Source: Felis catus (taxonomy: Eukaryota). From it: a stretch of DNA of 64,000 nt. Shown piece after piece: positions 12,827 to 24,600 of the stretch. The translations under genes and the position numbers were made by a program. Position 1 is the first letter of the stretch. Each line of letters starts with the position of its first letter. The notes beneath the pieces are model-generated. The model searched no databases, was not told the origin of the DNA, and saw nothing but the letters and a program-made list of their open reading frames with translations. Location: assembly GCF_018350175.1 (NCBI RefSeq), contig NC_058368.1:223450001-223514000 (forward strand), written 5' to 3'.

Positions 12827-13429
12827 TAAAAATGTGCACACATACAAGCATATCTTTTAAACATTGACTAGCTACCTCACCACATGTGTAATGAGCCATA
12901 CCTATCCCCTTCAGCCATTACCACTTTCCCATTCAATTTCTGAGAAGCCTCCTTCCATTACCTACCTGTAATTCAGCTATAACTCTCCCAACCCACTTTG
13001 ACAAGCAAACTTTAGGTCTTTTTGAAAGTAAAGTGTGATATCCATGGTGGCATTAGTGTATTCCTTAACCATTTAGCAGGTGTGAATGGTTTTCATGCGC
13101 TTCCTAATTTTTTATTTATTAGGTCACTAACAAAATTTTTGAGTATCGTAGTATCATGCCCCTAACTTTTTCCATAAACGCTGTGGTTTCTATTGTGCAA
13201 TGTTTCATTGCCTGGTGATTTTCAGGAGTGTGTATGCATGTTGTGTTATAGCAGAGCAACTTTAATAGTATTAAATACATATTAGCATTAATGAATCAAT
13301 CCATACGCAAATGTTCTGTCAGTTGAATGTACTTCTGGGGGATTTATTAGACATGACACACCGTGTGTTAGGCTGCTTGTACTCTTTTCTTTCTGAACAC
13401 ATAGTAAAACATCCCATCCTCTCTCACAG

Positions 13430-13686
13430 TAACTTCGGGGCTGTTACAATTGGAGTGTGGAAAAAATTATATATGCCACTTCCAAGCTTGGTACTTAAAA
13501 ATATCCTGTAAGATCCTCTCACTGTCTCTTCTGCTTCCTTTGTGATGTGTCAGTGTCCAATCTGAAAATATTTTCCTTCAGATAGAGGGAGCTTAATGCA
13601 AGAAGTTGGTTATATATGTGGTCTAACAGCAGAGAAGCCAAACAAAGGATGGGATGGTGATGAAAGAAAAGAAAAGAAAAGAAAAG

Positions 13687-13717
<31 letters not shown>

Positions 13718-13768
13718 GAAAAGAAAAGAAAAGAAAAGAAAAGAAAAGAAAAGAAAGAAAAAAGAGAG

Positions 13769-13823
<55 letters not shown>

Positions 13824-14310
13824 AAAGAAAAGAAAAGGCCTAGAGAAAGTGGAGTAGAAGATGATGTTTTTGGATTGGAAATTGGCACCAAGGTATGCCA
13901 GCCTAGACAGATCTATATCCCTGGAAGAGAGGTGCCATTCCTTAGGCAACCACCTAAAGCAGAGAGAAGTTGGAAGCAAAATCTTGGCAAATATGTTCCC
14001 ATGCATGGGTCTTTTAACACTACCTTCCAGAAGCAAAGGGCAGGAAAATCTCAAAAGCAGTTGCTTGAGATACAAAGCAAGGAAGAGAAGAGCTCTAACT
14101 GGTTCTGAAAGCAAACAGAAAAATGACCTACAAAGGGGGACCCTTGAGCCAATGAGTCCTGGATTGCATCGTTATAAAATGGAGGTTCTTAGGGCCCTGC
14201 TTTGGGGAGAGCTATTCAGCAGTCACCTGACTAATACCAGACTGTACTGTGATAAATAAACCTTGGACTTGTTAAGTCATTGAAGTTTTAACATTTATTT
14301 CATTTATGGT
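13430..14310 (+). mobile_element. Probable old MaLR (MLT1-like) LTR remnant(s), split by a microsatellite
   Basis: tgccacttccaagcttgg near 13475 and an LTR-like end actgtgataaataaacc...gttaagtcattgaagtttt near 14250-14290. Confidence 0.45.
13662..13836. repeat. (GAAAA)n-(GAAA)n microsatellite
   Basis: Directly visible. Confidence 0.98.
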
Positions 14311-14919
14311 TCAGCTGAAGCTATTGTAAGGCTTTTCATTTTCTGTAGTGGACATGTGTGCTTGCTTCCTTATCTCCTGAGAGAGACCTGGTTTGTCTCT
14401 GGGTCTGGGGAAGCAGATTAAACCCCTAGGTACACTTATGGGTTGCATGACCTTAACTAATTCAATCAGCTATTTCAGAGCAGGGCATGCCATGCAAGCA
14501 AGTCTAACCAGAATATTTAATTTGTCCTTAAGAGATTCTTTTCATTTGATCATGAATGAAACAGCATGTAGCCTTGGAAACTCCTGACAGTCATGTTCCA
14601 ATGTGAGAAGTGTCAAGCTTATAATAAAGCTATAATAAAGAAAAGAAAGTTGGAAAGTAGTTAGATCCTCAGTGATGTCCTTATGCTTTGGTATCAAAAA
14701 GCATCTACTTCTGGACTTGAAAATTGTGGGAAATCAATATGCTGCCTTAAAGAATAAAGGGAATATATTTTTGTCTCCCTCATTCATTCTTTATTTCTTT
14801 CTTACTACATAAAATACCTCAAATTCAAAATTATAGGTATTTGATTTTTTAATTGTTTGACTTTTAACTTACCCTTTTCATTTATATGTATCTATAATAC
14901 AGTAGTTACTTTCCATTTC

Positions 14920-15750
14920 TAAATAAACTTTATTTTTGTGGGCCAGTTTTAGATTTACAGAAGAATTGGAAGGACAGTAAAGTGTTCCCATATATCCCTG
15001 AACTGAGTTTTCCAGATTGCTTTCAATTAGCATGGAACATTTGTTACAGTTAAGGAACCAGTATTGATATTATTATTAATATAGCCCACAATTCAGTTAT
15101 GCTTCTTTACTGTTAACCTAATGTCCTGTTTCTGCCCTAGAATACCATCTGGGACACATTATTCCATTTACTGTCATGTCGGCTTGCCCTCCTCTTGACT
15201 ATATCAGTTTCTCAGACTTTCTTTGTTTTTAATGATCATTTTGAGGAGCACAGGTCAGCTATTCTGTGGAATGTCCCTCTGTTAGGATCTGATGTTTTTC
15301 ACATGACCAGGCTAGGGTTTTGGGTTTTGGGTTTTGGGTTCTGGGGAGGAAGACCACAGGAGTCAGTGCCATTTTAATCACATCACAGGAAGAGTACCCA
15401 CCATCAACAGGATTATCACTGTTGATGCCCACCTTCACCACTTGGCTGAGGCTCTGTTTGTCAGGTTTCACAACTGTAAAGTTACTCTTTTTCCTACTTT
15501 TCCACAGTGTACGCTTTGGAAGGAAGCCACTAGGTACCGTCCATACTTAAAGAGTCGGGATTGATGCTCCATCCCTTGTGGGATGAGTAACTATGTAAAT
15601 TATTTAGGATTCTTCCAGATTTGTCTCTTCTCTGCTGTTTATTTATTCAGTAATTATATCTGTACGGACTCCTGAATATTTTCTTTATACTGTGGGTTAT
15701 ACTTCCATACTGCTCAGCTTTGGCCCATGGGAGTTCTTACAGTTTGCTTC
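14920..15750 (-). mobile_element. Old L1 (L1MC-type) 3'UTR
   Basis: cagttttagatttacagaagaattg, cagtttctcagactttc...ttttgaggagcacaggtcag, gaagaccacag match the antisense L1MC 3' end as I recall it. Confidence 0.75.
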
Positions 15751-16789
15751 TGTGACTTCTTTTTCTCTTCTTCTTTTTTTTTTTAATTTAAATAATTTAA
15801 ATTCAAGTTAGTAAATCTACAGTGTATGTTAACTTAATATTTTTATAAATATATAGGTTTATTTTAGAAAATCTGGAAAATATAGAAAAATCTACATATA
15901 TTAAATTATAATTTTATTATCTTCCCATCTGAACAAAACTGCAATTTACATATTTTATCCAATCTTTTATTATTCCTATGCATATATTTAAGTATATTTT
16001 ATACATCTAATAAAATAGATCTATGACTGAATACACTTATATTTTATTATATTAAAATATTTATTCTAGTAATGGAGACAGTGGTTCCCTCCATACTTTA
16101 GTCTTTTAAATAATACCTTACCAATATATATTTAAATAAATTTTTCATCTCTATTTCCTGGGTAGAGACTTATATTTTATAAATTAATTTGCTAACAAAT
16201 AAAATAATATATTTTATAATAATTGGAAAATTATAAACTGATATTTGTGTAAAATGTAGACAGTTTTATTTACCTAATTTGTCCTGATTAGGCAAAAGTA
16301 ATAGAGCAATGGGTCTATAATTTTGTAGGGAAGATTGGAAGTGTTTCTCAATAGGAAAAGAACACGATCTGAAAACAATTCAAATATTATAAAAAAGAAA
16401 ACCAAATAAAATCATGGCACAGAAAAGTTGATAGAAAAGGAAATGATGATAAAGCTGTACAACAATTCTCTAGATCAGAGGAACTGCATATTCATTTCTC
16501 ATTCACTTCCCATTTGCTACTTCTGAGTTCTCTAGGAACTTCCTGCATCCTGGGCATGCAAACATTGCAAAAATGAAATGCATGATGGTTTGAGCAAGAG
16601 TCACACAGTGAACTGAGTTCAGGTAATGCATAGAGAGAGAAATTTGAACTCTCGTGGAGGAAGTTTGGAAAATTTGCCCAAGTAAATTTTTAACGAATGC
16701 ATATTAGGAAACTCTTTTTACAGATGATACTTCAAGTAAAAAGTTGAAGGTCATGGAAGATGAAGCTGAATGAGTTCCAAAAATGACAA

Positions 16790-17020
16790 ATAATTTTAAT
16801 AGCTGCCACCTGTTGTGTTCTTAATTTATGCCCCCTTTGTGGCTAAACACTTAATTTCATTTAATATTTATTAAACCCTGTGAGATAATGATAATTATCA
16901 GATTATTATTAAGGCATGAGTTACAGGGTTAAATGACCCCTTTAAGGTAATAAATTTTGTAAGACTGAAAATCATTCCAAAATAGTCTTTGATCTTCAAA
17001 TGTCCATGCTGTTAACCAGT
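16790..17020 (-). mobile_element. Degenerate MIR
   Basis: tcatttaat...aaccctgtgagata...gggttaaatgacc pattern of antisense MIR. Confidence 0.5.
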
Positions 17021-17694
17021 AAGAAATACCCTCTTTTCTCCCATCTCTGCTTTAGCCACATTGAATCACAAATACGTACTAAAAGAGGAAAAAAAACAAA
17101 ACTACATCGTAAGGACTAAACTATACAGGTTTACTAACAACTTAGGGAGTTGCAGAAGTGGCTACATTTATGAAAATAACAACCACATATCTAAAGGACC
17201 CACCATATACTAAGAAAATAGTTATGTGATAAAATTTAGTAAAATCCTACAGTACACTTTCTGATTATATAAAATAAAGGCATAATTGCTAAGAAAATAT
17301 GAGAGATTTCTTAAAGCAGCAATATCAGATGAGGCTTTGTTCCCTATTAGCAAACATGGATTTCTGATCAACAGCACAATACGAATTTCAGAAGGATTTA
17401 AGACCTAAATGTAGATGAAAAAGAACCTTATAAAATGGAAGAAAATATGTGAGTATTCAAATAGCTAAAAGGGAAAAAAAGAGTTTGCTAAGGAGTAAAG
17501 CATTGGAGGATATGGCTAATAACAAACATATAAGCAATAAGTAACCTCAGTAGTAACAAATGGCAATAGTGACTGCCTTTTCCTCACCTACAAAATGATT
17601 TTTTCACCTGTCCACTGATTTAATATGATGCAGCTCAAGAGGGCTTGATGAAACCACCTCACATCCTGCCTATATGGAGTTGGTAGTATCAACT

Positions 17695-18399
17695 AATGTC
17701 CTGTGAGGAAAAGAAAACAAAAATTACCAGAGAGAAAGTGAGATAAGGAATCTGTCAAGCATGTGATAGAGAACTGTAAAGATGAAAAAAAAAAAAAAAA
17801 GAAAAATTCAGTAACCCAGCGTAAATGCAGGAAACAACTACCATCTGCCCTTCCCCACCGACACTGGCAGGACAAGAAAGAGGAGGCATTGGAGTAAGGA
17901 AATATAAAAAAATAAGGGAAGAGCACTCTGCTAACCATGGTGCCCTCCAATGGGGAAACAGGGTGTCAGGAAAGGGCACTCCAGCTGCTGTTGATATGTC
18001 AGAAGCTTGGAAAAGGGAACTCAAAGAGGTAGGAAGGACCTCTAAGCAACGATCTGGGCTTATCAGGGCTGATGATGCCTTTGAGGGATACAACAATCTA
18101 GTTCTGGAAGTGCCAGACCATAAAAACAATATCAGAAAGGGGGATGGGAACAAAGTGGTGAAGTCAGGTGTCTAAGGACATGCTAACAGGAGCACAAAAC
18201 AGGAAAGACCTCATACTTTTGCCTCCTCCTGGCTTCCTGTCTCCCTCTTGTGTCCCTATTGACAGAATCTAAGAGGCAGTAGCTGTGAGAGCTGAACGGT
18301 GGTTTTCAGAGTCTTGGCCTAAGCATCTGGAATCAAAGTGTAAATAAAGGTATAAATAGAAATTTGGAGCTAAGAAACAATAACATAAAATTTGCCATA
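17695..18399 (-). mobile_element. LTR41-like ERVL solo LTR
   Basis: 18240-18399 (ctccctcttgtgtccctattgacagaatctaa...tttggagctaagaaacaata) follows the reverse complement of the LTR41 5' end as I recall it; left boundary uncertain. Confidence 0.6.
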
Positions 18400-19937
18400 T
18401 GTATCAAGTATCTGAAATCCTTTATACTCTGCTTCTAGGTCTCATTCTTAAAAAAAAATTAAAAACTTGAAGAAAAACATGTGAAAAAAGATGTTTTCTG
18501 AGGTCTTGTGTATCAGATGAAATATCTGAAAACAAATAAAATCTTTAATAAATTTGGAGTAGAAAATAATTGATCACAATTTCATAGGATAGAATACTAT
18601 GGTCATTAAAAATGAGAGCAAAGAATTTTTATGTCACAAAAATGTTTAAAGAAGAGATAAATATTCTAGATTAAGGTAAAGTTAGCGTGCTGTGGTATAA
18701 GGAGTGAAAATGTAGTAGACTGGCTAAAATAGATTACTTCCCTCTCAGATAATAGCCCGGTTTATTTTGAGTTGACAGGGCAACTCAACTTCATGTGGTC
18801 ATTTAGAGCATCATATTCTTTTATCTTATTACTTAGCTATTTATGAAGCAATTTTTCTGAATTGTGTTTCAGCTCTCAGGTAAAAAAAAATGCTGAAGTC
18901 CCACAGACACAGCTACTTTTTGCTATTTTTGAGCTACTGCACAATATAAGGAAGTAGTTTCTAATGATTACAATACATACTAGCTTAAGAGCAGCATTTT
19001 GGTGGTGTAACTATTGAACTCAAGTCTTATGTGACACTTAAGAGGGATTGCACATAAGAAAAGGAAGTAGGTAAAAAGGTTTGTCTAAGTTCTTTCCAAA
19101 TTTAAAATCTGCTGTCCAACAAACTATTAAATATTACTATTTTAGATGCTTTCTAAACTTTCCAAGGTAATGAAGTTTTACTAACATGGGCGTTTGCAAA
19201 CTGAATTATCAAAGCATATGGCTATATTTAACTCATGTTCATATTTGATACATCTAATATCTTTTTTACCCTCATGTTATATATATATATATATAAGGTT
19301 GATGATGATAATTGTCTGGTGACCACAAGACAATCAATAGTTAATACAGTTATTGTAGTTAAAGTTAAGACATGCAGGTACAAATGACACAAACCTCCAT
19401 CTGAGGAAAAATGTTTGGAGAAAAAAATCCTAAACCCTATTAAAAAAACAGGTAAATTGAAGTAAAACCTTTTGTTATAGAAAACAGACTTTTAGACAAA
19501 TTATGGGTGAGCACTACTGATTTTCTTTATTTTTTTTATTCCCTTTCTTTGGATTTTATTTGGTAACAGTGTTTGGATTTTTGTCATTAAAATTTTAAAT
19601 GAATATCAGTTTTCATATAATTTATTATGCAAAGTCAACTTTCAAATGTAGTGAAATCTTATATTTGCAAATCATTGTGAAGAACATTAATTTCTTCTAC
19701 CCACTGAGTTGGATCCTCTGTTCCTGAGCAAAGTCACTGTCATGTAAACTTACTAGTATTGTCTCTTTTGCTGCCACCTCAGGAAAAAAAAAATCTATTA
19801 AGCAATCATCTAGAAAATTCTTCCTTTTCCCTCTTCCTTTTCTATTTAGTTTGTAGAGATGGTATGAAATTTGACTTGTGTCCATGAGTTTATTTGTTAA
19901 AAGTATGATTTGTGTAACATACTACCTGGACCTGGGT

Positions 19938-20089
19938 CTGTTTAGTCCCTGAACTTCAACCCTTCCTTATGCTGAAAAATTACTTGAGGAACATCATTTA
20001 CTCTTTATTTTTTAAGGAAAGCTTATCCCTTTGCCCATGAACCTAGAATGGATTACAAACTAGGCCACCTAAGTGCTAGCCAAATAGGT
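19938..20089 (+). repeat. Copy 1 of a ~140-150 bp local direct duplication
   Basis: ctgtttagtccctgaactt...tgcccatgaacctagaatg...ccacctaagtgctagcca shared with 23090-23224. Confidence 0.92.
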
Positions 20090-20580
20090 TTTTGGCCCTG
20101 TCAACTTGGGCAAGTAATCTATCCTGCTGATGTATCCATTTTGTCTGCAAAATGGAGCATGCAAGAGTAGGTCTTGCACAACTTTGTTGTGCTTTATTGT
20201 GACAAGTACACGTGTCCATAGTTGTGAAGAGTTCATTGCATATTAAATTATCATAGTGTTTTAAACATTAGTCTGATCACAAGAGTAAGATATACTAGTG
20301 AAATTGAAACAGTGAAAAACTGGAATGCAGAAAGCTGGTTGAAGTTATTGGAGTTAATCAAAATGAGTATTTCAGTAAACATTTTATAGATCTATCTGGA
20401 TCTCTTATCCAGAGAAGCAACCACTAGAAATATCTGGTAATTTACATTTCTTTTTAAAATTGTGGCTTACCTTAATTTATATATGGGTTAAGAAAGATTT
20501 AAAATCACCAACATTTCAGATATAAACCAGAAATACACCATTTCTCAATTATAATCATCTGGCCTTATCTCCCTTTAATT

Positions 20581-20700
20581 GGGGAGCCTGGCTGACTCAG
20601 TCAGGGGAGCATGTGACTCTTGATCTCTGTGTTGTAGGGTCAAGCCCCACGTTGAGAGTAAAGATTACTTAAAGAACATAAAATCTTTAAAAAATATATA
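20581..20700 (+). mobile_element. Short tRNA-Lys-derived Can-SINE (no CT tract)
   Basis: tRNA-like body followed by gtaaagattacttaaa and A-tail; TSD ctttaattg at 20573-20581 and 20702-20710. Confidence 0.88.
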
Positions 20701-21534
20701 GCTTTAATTGCTGAAATATATAGCTAAAAAGCATACATAACTGTTGGCTTTTTAAGTATTTCATAAAGCTGTATGCTATTACTCCTTGGTTAATAATTTA
20801 GTTTCTGATGATAGGTAACCTAATGATATTTAACCTGACAGTTCTTAGTAATTCCTAGCAGTATAAGAGGCCAAAGAGCAGAGAATAACACATAGGGAAA
20901 AGCTGTCATTTCCTTAGCGTCTCAAACTGGAAATAAAAAAAGACAAATAATTCATTAATGTAGCATAATATTGTTTGCTGTAAAATGAAATAAATTACTT
21001 GTTCTTGGCTGAATGGAGATGGCCATCACCTAAAGCTATTTCTCATTTAATTGTGTCTTAAAAGTTATTTCTTAAACTGTATGTGTCTTAAACGTTATTT
21101 CTGAAAATAACTATTGAGAGCTCTTTATTTTATTATGGTCTACAAATATAGAGTTTGAATCGCCAAATATCTAAAAATTTGGGCATATAAAATACCCCTG
21201 ACCAGTAAATTAGAAGCAAATACTACCTTCAAATATAACATTGACAATATCCTCATTCCCAATAAAGTTATACTTTTTTAATACAGGTATTAATAAAATA
21301 TTTCTTACAGCTTCCTATCTTTCTATCAAAGAAAATATGCTATTATCATTCTGCTTTTGTTCAAACACATCACTAATGTTGTAGAGTTAGTCTTTCCTAA
21401 ACTCTCCTGAATTTAAAAAGAACCTTAAGGGCATTAACACTACCAGCCAGTAAAGAAGTTTGAAGTAAATTACCTGGTCCTTCATTAACATTTTTGAGCA
21501 TTAACTTGCTCAGTGGGGTGGGAGTGGGGGTGGG

Positions 21535-21670
21535 GGGGCAGCTGGATGGCTCAGTTGGTTAAGTATCCAGCTCTTGATTTCTGCTCAGGTCATGATCTCA
21601 TGATTCAAGCCTCATTTGGGCTCTGTGCTGACAGAGTGAAGTTTTCTTGGATTTCTATCCCCCTCACCCC

Positions 21671-21718
<48 letters not shown>

Positions 21719-21745
21719 ATAAATAAACATTTAAAAAATAATAGA
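21535..21745 (+). mobile_element. Can-SINE
   Basis: ggatggctcagttggttaag head, long (CT)n, aaaataaataaacattt tail. Confidence 0.93.
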
Positions 21746-21904
21746 ATAAAATGCTTATGGAGATAATACAGAAAAAATTGTGAACACAGGTCAGTTTACT
21801 TAGGAGAAAGTGAAGAGTTGTGTCTTAGTTTTCTCAATGAACCATCTCAATTTCAAATACATCAGCAGGGTAACACCAAGAGACATGGTCCCATCCCATG
21901 AGTA

Positions 21905-22120
21905 AAGGAGTTATCATGTATTTATTGGCTAGACACTCTTCCAAGTGTTTTAATTTAATGCTCACAGCAGTCCTAGAAATGTTACACCATTATTATATGG
22001 ATTTTATTGATGAGTAAATTGTAATACAGGCAAGTGAAAATACTAACCCAGGGTCACGTTAGGTAAGTAGTAGTGGATAGAGGTTCAAAATCTGCACATC
22101 TGCCCTTTACCACTAGGTGA
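21905..22120 (-). mobile_element. Degenerate MIR
   Basis: tttaatgctcacagcagtcct...attttattgatgagtaaattg...cccagggtcac. Confidence 0.55.
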
Positions 22121-22306
22121 TGTTGCTGTTCTATCAGTCTTTGTTCTTCCTGTATCTAGATTCAGCTGTCCTCTTACTCTACAGCAGATTTGTGATCACT
22201 GCTCCAATGACTGAGATATTAACAAGAATTCTATGCTTCTCAATCTTCCCAAAGACAACACATTGTTTAACTTTTTGAGGGGAGGAAAGCTAGGACTATA
22301 CTATGC

Positions 22307-22307
<1 letters not shown>

Positions 22308-22346
<39 letters not shown>
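22308..22346. repeat. (AAT)n microsatellite
   Basis: Directly visible. Confidence 0.97.
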
Positions 22347-22350
<4 letters not shown>

Positions 22351-23089
22351 TCTTAATGTATTTCATTGCAGAATATCCAGAAATTGTTGCTATATGCCAG
22401 AGTTCCTTTCTGTATCACTGGTGGTCACTATCTTGTGATAGAAAGAAATCATCATATATAGTGCATTATGGTTTACTCCAGTCGTGCTCTTGTCCTGCCT
22501 TCAGAATTGAGCTAGACACATCTGGTTCCATTTATGTGCATTTAAGTTTCTAAATTAGGTTTCTCTCTTGTACACATAGTTCTGTTTTTACTCTCTTCTA
22601 TAGTTGATGTTTATTCTTCATTTTCATGATCTGGTTTGTCTATATTATACCTTCTATTATAACACCAAGACAAATCTAGAGAGAGAGTTACTTAAAATGC
22701 TTACTTGTTGAAACTTGTATTTGACACTAAGAATATAAGATACAGCAGTTTTTCTTTAGGCAAATTTGTCCACTTTCATAGCTCAGAATGGGACCACAGA
22801 GGAGTCAGGGGTGGAAAGCGCAAATAAACAATGTCAACCTTAGATATTCTAAGAAAATTTTAGGAAGTTGAAAAGGATGTGCTCAGTAAAGTAACTGCCA
22901 ATGGTGTATTTGAAATGTTTTATAAGCAATACTTTTAGCCATTACACTTTTCTGTGTTAAGTTTTCTTAACTATTTTCTACTCAAACCTGACTAATTTTA
23001 TTCAATTACTCTTAAATTTGATGAAACTGAAGCACAGAAGACTGCGAACTGAGAGTTCATCAATTCTCATCAATTTTCTCTTTGAGTGA

Positions 23090-23224
23090 CTGTTTAGTCC
23101 CTGAACTTTACCCTTCTTGATGAGCATACTTTACTCTTTCTTTTTAAAAATAAAAACCTTATCCCTTGCCCATGAACCTAGAATGAATTGCAAACTAGAC
23201 CACCTAAGTGCTAGCCAGATAGGT
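23090..23224 (+). repeat. Copy 2 of the local direct duplication
   Basis: Colinear with 19938-20089 apart from indels. Confidence 0.92.
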
Positions 23225-24254
23225 CTACCCAAATATCCACCAGGACCACAAACTATGACAAGAACTAAACTCAACTGAGAAATAAGGACACTCATAGTAT
23301 TCCATTTTCTTTTCTTTTCTCATCACTCATTCACTTGACTTAGACAGTAACGAGACATGCTCCTAGACTTTTTCTTTTATTTCATCTCTTTGTAGCTAAG
23401 CTATCTTCATGGAATTTTGATCCATTCTATGCAATGTATTTTGATTCTGTCAACTCTTCTTCATTCCCAATAGTAATATATTAACTGCCATTTTCATTTT
23501 ACTTGAAAGTCCCCCAGTTGGCCTCCTGTTTATCAGATTGGCTTCTCTGAATTCTCTCCTATCTCTTGAGCAGAATCCCTGGAATGGGCTTGAAAAAGTA
23601 TATGAATCTCTTGAAAGTTTTTGTAAATATTGCTGTTTCTACCTCCAATCATAGACTTCTGCATATTTACACAGAGCTAGAATGACCTTTTAAGTGTATA
23701 GCTTATCAGGTTATGTGCCTACTTACAATTCTTCAAAATCTCTCAATCCTTAAAGATAAAAGTTGAGTTTGTCCTAAATGTCATAGAAACCCCTTTGTGT
23801 CCAGATATTTGATTCAGTCTCTAGCCACACATCCAAGCATCCTTTAATGCAGTAACACAAACTTATGGCTTCCATTCCTTGCTCTCCCTTGTAACAAGTG
23901 TTTATGTTCCTTAAAATCGATGCAGATATCCTCATCATACAATGTACTTTCCCCTTGGCACTAATAGAATTTGCTATTAACTTAAACTTTCTTTATTGAA
24001 AGCATAACTCATTTGTACAGTTTCTTTAATTACCTTAAACCATTAAATTACACAATTTATTTGGAAAAATTAGCAATTTTTAATGAAAATCATTATCTTC
24101 ATAGAGTTTATCAACACGAGCTTCTTTTTGTCCTTCCCTGCTAGTCCCTTTTACAGAATCCTCTCTGTGAGTATTGTTTCCCTAGGCTTATAGGGGAGTC
24201 TTTTGGGACCTCTTTTCAAATGTGACTTCCAGATGTACTCAAGTTCCCATTTCA

Positions 24255-24385
24255 TTACTTTGAAAAGTACTGGACCCTGGACCAGAAGAATCAGCAGTGC
24301 CTGAGAACTTCTGAGACATATAAATCCTCAGGCCCTACTCAGGCCCTACTCAGAACTCAGTTCTCAGGCCCTACTCAGAACTCAG
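24255..24385 (+). mobile_element. MER5A-like hAT-Charlie relic with internal tandem repeats
   Basis: ccctggaccagaagaatcagcagtgcctgagaactt...aaatcctcaggccctac resembles the MER5A 5' half; ctcaggccctactcag occurs three times. Confidence 0.65.
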
Positions 24386-24558
24386 ATATGTATAGCTCGA
24401 CACCAGGATCCAGAAGATAGAAATTGATTGCTTTTGTTTTGTGGCTTTCATTTTAATTGTTTTTAACCATTATATTTGCTGTATTTGTACAGGCCTGGCA
24501 TACAGTAGGCACTCAGTAGCCTGGCTCTTGTTTTCCCCTTCTTGTTATAACCTCATTG

Positions 24559-24559
<1 letters not shown>

Positions 24560-24599
<40 letters not shown>
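24560..24599. repeat. (TG)n microsatellite
   Basis: Directly visible. Confidence 0.97.

Positions 24600-24600
<1 letters not shown>

Noticed and set aside
13596..14259. Longest ORFs in the track (170, 163, 132 aa)
   Set aside because: Length comes from a stop-free microsatellite and LTR-like sequence; no recognisable domain
17693..18175. Overlapping 85-132 aa ORFs
   Set aside because: Inside an LTR41-like repeat, no recognisable protein
20581..20660. tRNA-Lys gene (also 36655-36730)
   Set aside because: Degenerate stems, SINE-specific 3' extension and A-tail indicate SINEs
19938..23224. Direct repeats as the paired LTRs of a 3-kb retroelement
   Set aside because: No PBS, PPT, TSD or gag/pol remnants seen; the interior is ordinary MIR/SINE-containing DNA
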